The notes: generated by a model from the sequence alone, not told the origin. A stretch of DNA of 35,596 bases from an uncultured Candidatus Saccharibacteria bacterium (GCA_964455475.1 CAYVWL010000003.1:1-35596); one strand, 5' to 3'; shown: positions 1 through 6,611, numbered from the stretch's first letter. Made by a program: numbers and translations.

Positions 1-43
1 AATACAGAATACTCAAGGTCTTGCGCTTGGGTCCCTTACCCAA
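1..43 (-). CDS. possible 5' end of a CDS running off the left edge (MGKGPKRKTLSILY...)
   Basis: Minus strand: SD AAGGAGG (rc of 49-55), then 5 nt, then TTG (43-41). The frame stays open to the edge, but only 14 codons are visible. Confidence 0.2.
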   Translation of the reverse strand, partial: MGKGPKRKTLSILY

Positions 44-46
44 GCT

Positions 47-70
47 CACCTCCTTAGAAAAGGCGGAGAA
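47..70 (-). repeat. repeat family A, partial inverted copy (TTCTCCGCCTTTTCTAAGGAGGTG)
   Basis: 23/24 identical to 3823-3846 when read on the opposite strand. Confidence 0.8.
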
Positions 71-93
71 AGCGGAGTGACGAAACGAGAGTT

Positions 94-148
94 CCCTTTC
101 CCCGCCTTGGTTAAGGCGGGGTGGACATTCTGATGGACGGGGCGGTTG
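94..148 (-). repeat. repeat family B copy 1: CAACCGCCCCGTCCATCAGAATGTCCAC plus hairpin CCCCGCC-N8-GGCGGGG
   Basis: 55/55 identical to the reverse complement of 35542-35596 (aligned by hand). Confidence 0.95.
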
Positions 149-239
149 CGTCTATTTTGACAGGGGAGGAGAAATCCCCTTATTCTTAGGCCTATTTTGG
201 CCTATCAAAAAAGAAAATGATAAAAAGTGCTAAAAGCAC

Positions 240-267
240 TTGACTTTAAAACTGGGTATGCTATACT
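240..267 (+). promoter_or_regulatory. sigma70-type promoter TTGACT-16-TATACT with TGc extended -10
   Basis: Hexamers read directly. It points into the region antisense to the 358-579 ORF. Confidence 0.45.
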
Positions 268-292
268 GTACAAATCACGGAGAGGTAAATCT

Positions 293-361
293 GTGATGAG
301 GGAGCTCCCATACAATATGATAGTGTCGGCTGTTTGGTCAGTGTCTCGTGTTAGACTCTAG
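293..361 (+). CDS. small ORF, 22 aa (MMRELPYNMIVSAVWSVSRVRL)
   Basis: GGAGAGG lies 7 nt upstream of GTG293/ATG296. Its stop codon overlaps the stop of the convergent ORF 358-579. Confidence 0.25.
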   Translation: MMRELPYNMIVSAVWSVSRVRL

Positions 362-579
362 GCTAACGGTAGCCAGAGATCTAGTTCGGTCAGGTCGGTC
401 ATGTCCTCATCATACCAGGTGAAGGACACACCAGTTCCAGGTGAATATGGAATAATGGTTCTCGTTGTTCTTTCTGCCATTGTCTGGTTTTCAGGGAATG
501 GTCCCTGAAGAGGGTCGGATGTCATCAGATGTCCGGCCCTTTCTATTTGTCCAAATTTTGTGATTGACTTTCGATACAA
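358..579 (-). CDS. hypothetical small protein (73 aa from TTG579, or 55 aa from ATG525)
   Basis: ORF track. ATG525 is preceded by AGAAAGGGCC, the same 10-mer found upstream of the 6854 gene. No recognisable family. Confidence 0.35.
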   Translation of the reverse strand: MYRKSITKFGQIERAGHLMTSDPLQGPFPENQTMAERTTRTIIPYSPGTGVSFTWYDEDMTDLTELDLWLPLA

Positions 580-642
580 TAAGGTGTATGATATGAGCAG
601 ATGTTTTTTCGGGGTGTAATAGTCCCTAACCGTGGAGGATAT

Positions 643-723
643 ATGGGTGGTTTGTTTGCCGTCGTCTGGGTGCTAGTCGTTCTTCTTGTACTAAGGAGGT
701 ACGAAATATGCTTACGTCCATAA
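643..723 (+). CDS. 26-aa hydrophobic peptide MGGLFAVVWVLVVLLVLRRYEICLRP
   Basis: Hand-translated, below the ORF-track cutoff. GGAGGA lies 3-4 nt upstream of ATG. It overlaps the next gene start by 16 nt. Confidence 0.35.
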   Translation: MGGLFAVVWVLVVLLVLRRYEICLRP

Positions 724-983
724 GTGAGCAGAGTGGTGCTCTGCTGGTCTTCGTTCTGTTTCTCGCCGCATACGTTCTGGTGCGATACCTGGCGAACAGA
801 AAGCCGGCCAGCGGTTGCTCACAGTGCGGAGGCCGTGTCAGGCGGGTTCCGACGGTCACACACAGTGTGAATTCGCCGAAAGGTGTTGAGCTCAACTACG
901 GTGACTACCAGCTTGTGTGCGACAGGTGTGGTGTCGTGGGGGGCAAGGGCTCACGACTTGAGAACGGTATTCAGATCAAATGA
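708..983 (+). CDS. small membrane-anchored zinc-ribbon protein (91 aa)
   Basis: AAGGAGG lies 8 nt upstream of ATG. One TM segment (ALLVFVLFLAAYVLV) is followed by CSQCG...CDRCG. A terminator follows. Confidence 0.65.
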   Translation: MLTSISEQSGALLVFVLFLAAYVLVRYLANRKPASGCSQCGGRVRRVPTVTHSVNSPKGVELNYGDYQLVCDRCGVVGGKGSRLENGIQIK

Positions 984-986
984 TAT

Positions 987-1038
987 GCCTGTTGTGGAAA
1001 GGGAAGAAAAACCTGGACCACCACAGGCTTTTCTTCTG
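987..1038 (+). terminator. rho-independent terminator
   Basis: Stem GCCTGTTGTGG / CCACCACAGGC (10 of 11 bp) followed by TTTTCTTCTG. Confidence 0.6.
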
Positions 1039-1139
1039 CCCGCATTTGCCTTTTTTGATATAAAGAGTATGATAATTTGGTAGTAACCCCTAGCAACAAA
1101 TGCCAGGGTATTTGTCGGCAAATACCTTATCCACCAAAT

Positions 1140-1187
1140 CTCCTCCTTTTCTAAGGAGGAGTACCGAGTCTGCGAGGGGAGGTGGTG
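1140..1187 (+). repeat. repeat family A copy 1 (48 nt, CTCCTCC-TTTTCTAA-GGAGGAG hairpin plus GAGGGGAGGTGGTG)
   Basis: 47/48 identical to 3825-3872. It ends 22 nt before the uvrA ATG. Confidence 0.95.
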
Positions 1188-1209
1188 TGAGCAAGGGAAA
1201 TTTAGATAT

Positions 1210-3822
1210 ATGAAAAAAACAAAAATACAATTTGATAATGGTGATGAAAAGATCATTATTCGTGGCGCCCGAACGCACAATTTAAAAAATGTGTCCGTGG
1301 AGATGCCCAGGAACAAGATGATCGCTTTTACCGGCCTATCCGGCTCGGGCAAAAGCTCCTTGGCTTTTGATACCATTTTTGCCGAGGGGCAGAGGCGCTA
1401 TATTGAGTCCCTGTCTTCTTATGCCCGGCAATTTTTGCGTCAAATGCAAAAGCCGGACGTGGATGAAATACTCGGTCTCTCACCGGCTATTTCTATTGAT
1501 CAAAAATCCCGCTCTAATAATCCGCGTTCCACCGTGGCCACCATCACAGAGATTTATGATTATCTGCGTATCTTGTACGCCCGCATTGGCCGGCCACACT
1601 GTCTGGTTTGTGACAGGGAAATCAAAAAGCTATCAAACGAAGAGATTTTAGAGACTATTATAAAAACCGTCACCTCGGCTGATGTCTCTAAAAAAGAAAA
1701 ATTAGTTTTGGGTGTTCCTTATGATGATGTAAAAGTTAAAATATTTTCACCGGTAGTGGTGGGGCGCAAGGGAGAATATTATCAGCTTCTCTATGATTTA
1801 CTGAGTAAAGGCTATGAATGGGTCAAGGTGGACGGCGTGATGAAAAAACTGCGTGAGCAAATAATTTTGTCCAAGACCAAGAAGCATGATATTGATGTCC
1901 TCGTAGATGAATTTTACGTGAGCGAGTTCAAACACAAGGATCAAAAAGGTCCGGCCAAGGAGCGCCTAAGTGAGGCCATTGAAAAAGCGATAGATGAGAG
2001 CAAGGGCCTACTCAAAATAGAAACGAATGGCGAAGAGAAAATGATGTCCGTCAAATTTATGTGCCCTTATGATGGTTATTCCTATCCAGAAATTGAACCA
2101 AGGCTTTTCTCTTTTAATTCACCGTATGGTGCCTGTCCGGAGTGTAATGGTCTCGGCACCAAGCAATTTTTTGGTGAAGAAATGTGTGACATTTGTAACG
2201 GTGCGCGCCTGCGTGAAGAAGCCTTGCACGTGCTCTTAAACGGCAAAAGTATTGTGGCGCTGACCGCCCTGTCCATCACAGACGCCAAAATATTTTTTGA
2301 TAATATAAAATTGACAGAAGTGGAAAAGGAAATTTCCAGTGTGGTAGTAAAGGAAATTGATGATCGTCTGAAATTTATGAAGGATGTGGGTATTGAATAT
2401 TTGTCTCTGGATCGGCGCGCTCATACCCTCTCGGGTGGCGAGGCTCAGCGTATTCGCCTGGCGTCTCAGCTGGGTTCTGGCCTGGTGGGGGCGTTGTATG
2501 TGCTGGACGAGCCGACTATTGGTTTGCATTCGCGGGACAATGACCGCCTGATCAAGACTCTGACGGAACTGCGGGACCTGGGTAATACTATCATTGTGGT
2601 CGAGCATGATGAGGATACTATTTATTCCTCAGACTATCTCGTGGATATTGGGCCTGGTGCCGGTGCGCATGGTGGAAAGATTGTCGTTTCCGGCTATATG
2701 GATGAATTATTGACCGCCAAGACCAATGTCTCGGAATCCGTCACCTTGGATTATCTCCGTGGTGACAAGGTGATTCCTGTACCAGAAAAGAGACGCCAGA
2801 CGGATAAAGGGGCGCTGAAAATCCGCGGGGGAAATATTTTCAATATTAAAAATCTGAATATTGATGTGCCACTGGGTAAATTAGTGTGCGTGACGGGTGT
2901 GTCCGGCTCGGGAAAATCATCTCTGGTGTATGAAATAATTGATAAAAATCTGAATGCTCGTTTTACCAAGCGTCACCGCACGAATGAAATATATAATTGT
3001 AAAAGTTTTACCGGCACAGAATATGTCAGCCGAGTGATTCTGATTGATCAGTCACCTATTGGCCGGACTCCGCGGTCAAATCCGGCCACTTATACCGGCG
3101 CTTGGTCCCACATTCGGGATATGTTTGCCTTGACGGTAGAGGCCAAAGCCCGAGGCTGGAAGTCTAACCGTTTTTCTTTTAACGTGGCGGGCGGGCGGTG
3201 TGAAGCCTGTGAGGGAAACGGCGTGATAGAGGTGGAGATGCATTTCCTGCCCACCGTCTATGTGCCGTGTGATGTGTGTAATGGCAAACGCTTTACCAAG
3301 GAGACATTAGAAATAAAATATAAAAGGAAAAATATTCACGATGTGCTGGAAATGACGGTGGAGGAGGCGTTGACTTTCTTTGAAGATTTGCCCGCAGTCT
3401 ATGACCGGCTCAAGGCGCTTCACGACGTAGGCTTGAGCTATCTGAAACTGGGACAAAGCGCTACCACCTTGTCCGGCGGTGAAGCCCAACGAGTGAAGAT
3501 TGCTTCCGAGCTTTACAAACCACATTTACAAAAAACCGTTTATCTTTTGGATGAGCCTACTATCGGTTTGCATTATGAAGATGTAAAAAAGTTGATTGAG
3601 ATTTTGAATCGGCTGGTGGATACGGGGAATACCGTCATCATCATTGAGCATAATATGGATATTATAAAGAGTGCGGATTATGTGATAGATATTGGGCCGG
3701 AGGGTGGGGACAAAGGTGGGGAAGTGGTGGCCAAGGGCACGCCGGAAGATATAGCGAATAATTCAAAATCCTACACCGGGCATTATTTAAAGAAACACCT
3801 ACAGAAGCGTAGCTACCACTAA
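1210..3822 (+). CDS. uvrA: excinuclease ABC subunit A (UvrA), short form lacking the insertion domain
   Basis: 870 aa with two ABC modules (GLSGSGKSSLAFDTI, GVSGSGKSSLV, two LSGGEAQR signatures) and zinc modules. Confidence 0.97.
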   Translation: MKKTKIQFDNGDEKIIIRGARTHNLKNVSVEMPRNKMIAFTGLSGSGKSSLAFDTIFAEGQRRYIESLSSYARQFLRQMQKPDVDEILGLSPAISIDQKSRSNNPRSTVATITEIYDYLRILYARIGRPHCLVCDREIKKLSNEEILETIIKTVTSADVSKKEKLVLGVPYDDVKVKIFSPVVVGRKGEYYQLLYDLLSKGYEWVKVDGVMKKLREQIILSKTKKHDIDVLVDEFYVSEFKHKDQKGPAKERLSEAIEKAIDESKGLLKIETNGEEKMMSVKFMCPYDGYSYPEIEPRLFSFNSPYGACPECNGLGTKQFFGEEMCDICNGARLREEALHVLLNGKSIVALTALSITDAKIFFDNIKLTEVEKEISSVVVKEIDDRLKFMKDVGIEYLSLDRRAHTLSGGEAQRIRLASQLGSGLVGALYVLDEPTIGLHSRDNDRLIKTLTELRDLGNTIIVVEHDEDTIYSSDYLVDIGPGAGAHGGKIVVSGYMDELLTAKTNVSESVTLDYLRGDKVIPVPEKRRQTDKGALKIRGGNIFNIKNLNIDVPLGKLVCVTGVSGSGKSSLVYEIIDKNLNARFTKRHRTNEIYNCKSFTGTEYVSRVILIDQSPIGRTPRSNPATYTGAWSHIRDMFALTVEAKARGWKSNRFSFNVAGGRCEACEGNGVIEVEMHFLPTVYVPCDVCNGKRFTKETLEIKYKRKNIHDVLEMTVEEALTFFEDLPAVYDRLKALHDVGLSYLKLGQSATTLSGGEAQRVKIASELYKPHLQKTVYLLDEPTIGLHYEDVKKLIEILNRLVDTGNTVIIIEHNMDIIKSADYVIDIGPEGGDKGGEVVAKGTPEDIANNSKSYTGHYLKKHLQKRSYH

Positions 3823-3824
3823 TT

Positions 3825-3872
3825 CTCCGCCTTTTCTAAGGAGGAGTACCGAGTCTGCGAGGGGAGGTGGTG
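3825..3872 (+). repeat. repeat family A copy 2 (48 nt)
   Basis: Starts 3 nt after the uvrA stop. 47/48 identical to 1140-1187. Confidence 0.95.
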
Positions 3873-3913
3873 AAAAATATAAAACTAGAACCCGCCCTTT
3901 CTTAAGGGGCGGG
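3873..3913 (-). terminator. terminator for the minus-strand small-peptide operon
   Basis: Hairpin CCCGCCC-N9-GGGCGGG (3891-3913), followed on the minus strand by a T-rich run (rc of 3873-3884). Confidence 0.6.
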
Positions 3914-3921
3914 GGATGTCA

Positions 3922-4050
3922 TCAGCTGAAGAATCTGAGCGCAAGGAACACCAGCGAGATTACGATTACCGCAATCAGTGCGCCGATGCACACCATGAAG
4001 ATTCGATATGCAGAGTGTACCAGCGGGGATGGCTTCCTACGAGTTGTCAT
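3922..4050 (-). CDS. 42-aa single-TM peptide MTTRRKPSPLVHSAYRIFMVCIGALIAVIVISLVFLALRFFS
   Basis: Hand-translated. GGGAGG lies 5 nt upstream of ATG. Basic N-terminus followed by a hydrophobic helix. Confidence 0.55.
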   Translation of the reverse strand: MTTRRKPSPLVHSAYRIFMVCIGALIAVIVISLVFLALRFFS

Positions 4051-4064
4051 GTCTACCTCCCTGA

Positions 4065-4175
4065 CTAATTGTTGTAAAGCCACAAAGCATAACCGAGATA
4101 TGCAACAACGACCAGAATGAAGGCAAACAGGCCAGCTATTCTGGCATTGTTTCCCATCCTGTGTATTCTGGCCAT
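4065..4175 (-). CDS. 36-aa single-TM peptide MARIHRMGNNARIAGLFAFILVVVAYLGYALWLYNN
   Basis: Hand-translated. GAAGGAG lies 5 nt upstream of ATG. The stop is 14 nt before the next peptide gene. Confidence 0.55.
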   Translation of the reverse strand: MARIHRMGNNARIAGLFAFILVVVAYLGYALWLYNN

Positions 4176-4196
4176 CAAAGCTCCTTCAAAGTCCAG

Positions 4197-4249
4197 TTGA
4201 CGTAATGAGCACCTTATATTATGATAGCAAAATAATCATGAAAAGTCAA
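4197..4249. promoter_or_regulatory. face-to-face overlapping promoters: plus strand TTGACG-17-TATGAT (uvrC); minus strand TTGACT-17-TATCAT (peptide operon)
   Basis: Plus strand: -35 at 4197-4202 and -10 at 4220-4225. Minus strand: -35 is rc of 4244-4249 and -10 is rc of 4221-4226. The two -10 boxes share one palindromic TATGATA. Confidence 0.55.
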
Positions 4250-5524
4250 GACCTAAAAAAGTATAAATTATCGGATGCGCCTGGTGTTTACTTATTCAAG
4301 CAGAATAAGGCTATTTTGTATGTTGGTAAGGCCACTTCACTTCGAGATAGGGTGCGGAGTTATTTTTCTGGTGATTTGATTAGCACTCGTGGACCCTTGA
4401 TTGTGGATATGGTTTTCCGGGCTAATAGAATTGATTTTATCAAGACAGATTCTGTGCTGGAGGCACTGATATTGGAAGCAAACGAAATAAAAAAACATCA
4501 GCCAAAATACAATACTAAAGAAAAGGATAATAAAAGCTTTAATTATGTCATCATCACTGATGAAGACTTTCCTCGCGTTCTAATTATACGTGGTCGGGAG
4601 ATAGAGAAAAATTTGCTTTATCCTATCAAGGAGAAATTTGGCCCTTTTACAAATTCCACGCAAATGCAGGTGGCCCTTAAAATCATCCGTAAAATATTTC
4701 CATTTCGGGACAAATGTGTTCCATACAATCAAAATACTGATGTGGACAATAAGTCTACGACCGTGGAATTATTGTCTACATCAGGAAAAGTGAATAGGCC
4801 GTGTTTTAACCGGCAGATTGGGCTGTGCCCGGGTGTGTGTGACGGCAGTATCAGTCAAAAGGATTATAGAAAGATTATAAAAAATATCAGCTTGTTTTTT
4901 GCTGGTAAGAAAAAACTGATCATTAGAAATTTAAAGAAGGAGATGGGCATATTCGCGCGAATGGGTAAATACGAGATGGCGGGGGAGTTGCGGAATAAAA
5001 TTTTTGCTCTGAATCATATTCAGGATGTCGCTTTGATTAGTGACCAAAGCTCGGCCTTTGGTATGTCCAAAAGCCAAGCCTTGGTCTCCACTCGCATCGA
5101 AGCCTATGACATTGCCCACCTGTCTGGTACAAATAATGTGGGGGTGATGGTGGTGATGGAGAATAATGAATTTAAGAGATCTGATTACCGTAAATTTATA
5201 ATCAGAAATAGTCAGGGTAATGATATTGGCGCTTTGCAGGAAATGCTTGAAAGGCGCCTACGGCATACAGAGTGGCCAAGGCCCGATTTGATTGTGGTAG
5301 ATGGGGGATTAGCACAAATGAATGTGGCCAAGGAGGTCACCCGTCAACGTGGCACGTTGACGGCTCTGGTTGGTGTGACCAAGGATAATTATCATAGACC
5401 AAAAGCAATAATAGGGGATGAGAAGATAATAGGAAAATATAAAAAACAAATTTTATTGATTAATAATGAAGCACATCGCTTTGCTATTGCTTTTCACCGA
5501 AAGAAAAGGGGTGTTACCCCGTAG
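4238..5524 (+). CDS. uvrC: excinuclease ABC subunit C (UvrC), lacking the C-terminal (HhH)2 domain
   Basis: GIY-YIG motif (GVYLF...ILYVGKA...RVRSYF), UVR motif, and EndoV-like domain (YDIAH...VVDGG...NEAHRFAI). ATG4238 sits 12 nt after the -10 box. The ORF track's start at 4205 lies inside the promoter. Confidence 0.9.
   Translation: MKSQDLKKYKLSDAPGVYLFKQNKAILYVGKATSLRDRVRSYFSGDLISTRGPLIVDMVFRANRIDFIKTDSVLEALILEANEIKKHQPKYNTKEKDNKSFNYVIITDEDFPRVLIIRGREIEKNLLYPIKEKFGPFTNSTQMQVALKIIRKIFPFRDKCVPYNQNTDVDNKSTTVELLSTSGKVNRPCFNRQIGLCPGVCDGSISQKDYRKIIKNISLFFAGKKKLIIRNLKKEMGIFARMGKYEMAGELRNKIFALNHIQDVALISDQSSAFGMSKSQALVSTRIEAYDIAHLSGTNNVGVMVVMENNEFKRSDYRKFIIRNSQGNDIGALQEMLERRLRHTEWPRPDLIVVDGGLAQMNVAKEVTRQRGTLTALVGVTKDNYHRPKAIIGDEKIIGKYKKQILLINNEAHRFAIAFHRKKRGVTP
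4738..4783 (+). repeat. 46-nt in-frame palindrome inside uvrC
   Basis: Arms TGATGTGGACAATAA / TTATTGTCTACATCA pair at 14 Watson-Crick plus 1 G-U. It encodes the extra segment TDVDNKSTTVELLSTS. Confidence 0.8.
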
Positions 5525-5589
5525 TAGATTTTACTATCAAAAAATCAAAGGATTTTTCATAAAATCCAATAGTAAAATTCACTACGGGG
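5517..5589 (+). terminator. 73-nt compound hairpin covering the uvrC stop codon (CCCGTAGT...ACTACGGG family)
   Basis: 21-nt arms CCCCGTAGTAGATTTTACTAT / ATAGTAAAATTCACTACGGGG with an inner hairpin GGATTTT/AAAATCC. Confidence 0.5.
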
Positions 5590-5605
5590 TGTTATACTGT
5601 AGCGT

Positions 5606-6571
5606 ATGGCAAAGAAAAAAGTCGGCGTTTTACGTGGTGGGCCGAGCAGTGAATATGAGGTGTCATTGAAAACTGGTAAATCCGTGATGGACAGTTTGGC
5701 TGACCGCTATGAAGTACTGGATATTTTTATTGATAAGGATGGTGTGTGGCATTATCAGGGTGTGGTCACCAAGCCGGAAAAAATATTTAAAAAAGTGGAC
5801 GTGATTTTCAACGCCCTGCATGGCGCCTATGGTGAGGATGGCACGGTACAAAAATTGTTGGACTACTTTAATATTCCTTATACTGGCTCTACGGCCCTGT
5901 CCTCGGCCGTGGGTATGAATAAAGTCTTGTCCAAGAAGGTTTATTCTAACTATAAATTAAAAACCCCACTTCACACCCTCGTCTCTAAAAAAGAGGATTT
6001 AAAAAAGGCGGTGACTGCAATCTTCAAATCCTTCCCAATGCCCGTGGTGGTGAAGCCGGTTTCTGGTGGTTCGTCCGTGGGTACCTCAATTGCTAAAACA
6101 CTGGTGGATCTAGAGCGGGCGGTTGAGGATGCTTTGAAATATTCTGATCAGGCTTTGATTGAAGAATTTATTGCTGGCAAGGAAGCTACCTGTGGCGTGG
6201 TGGACAAGTTTCGTAATGAGGAAATTTATTCATTATTGCCAGTAGAGATCAGGAAACCAGTTGAATCCGCTTTTTTTGATTATCAGGCCAAGTATGGCGG
6301 AAAGTCCGAGGAAATTTGCCCAGGTAATTTTACGGCTGAAGAAAAAAAAGTAATTCAGGCCATGGCTCGTGAGGCGCACAAGGCACTTGGTCTACGTCAT
6401 TATTCCCGTTCGGATTTTATTATTCACCCACGCCGAGGTATCTATATTTTAGAAACAAATACTTTGCCCGGTCTCACCAGTGAGTCCCTTCTTCCAAAGT
6501 CCCTAAAAGCCATCGGCTGTTCCTTGCCAGATTTTCTGGATCATCTTATTAAATTGGCTCTAGAAAAATAA
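5606..6571 (+). CDS. ddl: D-alanine--D-alanine ligase
   Basis: 321 aa with ATP-grasp motifs (VVKPVSGGSSVG, NTLPGLT). TGtTATACT lies 7 nt upstream of ATG. Confidence 0.93.
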   Translation: MAKKKVGVLRGGPSSEYEVSLKTGKSVMDSLADRYEVLDIFIDKDGVWHYQGVVTKPEKIFKKVDVIFNALHGAYGEDGTVQKLLDYFNIPYTGSTALSSAVGMNKVLSKKVYSNYKLKTPLHTLVSKKEDLKKAVTAIFKSFPMPVVVKPVSGGSSVGTSIAKTLVDLERAVEDALKYSDQALIEEFIAGKEATCGVVDKFRNEEIYSLLPVEIRKPVESAFFDYQAKYGGKSEEICPGNFTAEEKKVIQAMAREAHKALGLRHYSRSDFIIHPRRGIYILETNTLPGLTSESLLPKSLKAIGCSLPDFLDHLIKLALEK

Positions 6572-6586
6572 TTATGTAAAGAAACA

Positions 6587-6611
6587 CCCACCAGACAAGG
6601 TGCCCGGTGGG
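6587..6611 (-). terminator. possible terminator hairpin for the 69-aa gene
   Basis: CCCACC-N13-GGTGGG, followed on the minus strand by TGTTTCTTT. The stem is weak. Confidence 0.35.

Noticed and set aside
46-57. TCACCTCCTTAG looks like the 3' end of 16S rRNA, preceded by a helix-45-like hairpin.
   Set aside because: No AAGTCGTAACAAGGTA or other 16S sequence lies upstream. It is simply the complement of a perfect SD on the minus strand (repeat family A).
225-241. AGTGCTAAAAGCACT resembles CIRCE (HrcA operator) half-sites.
   Set aside because: The halves are in the wrong order and spacing compared with TTAGCACTC-N9-GAGTGCTAA, and the site is not near grpE. It is only a 5-bp hairpin.
951-1376. 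Minus-strand ORFs 951-1376 and 1090-1278 spanning the uvrA start region.
   Set aside because: They cross a terminator, repeat family A and the uvrA 5' end, and have no SD or promoter. They look like artefacts of the repeat's purine/pyrimidine runs.
2236-2607. Long antisense ORFs inside uvrA, leuS, ychF, alaS and the ribosomal-protein genes (for example 2236-2607, 12816-13151, 15420-15635 and 26848-27156).
   Set aside because: They lie fully inside strongly supported genes on the opposite strand. They have no initiation signals and have low-complexity translations.
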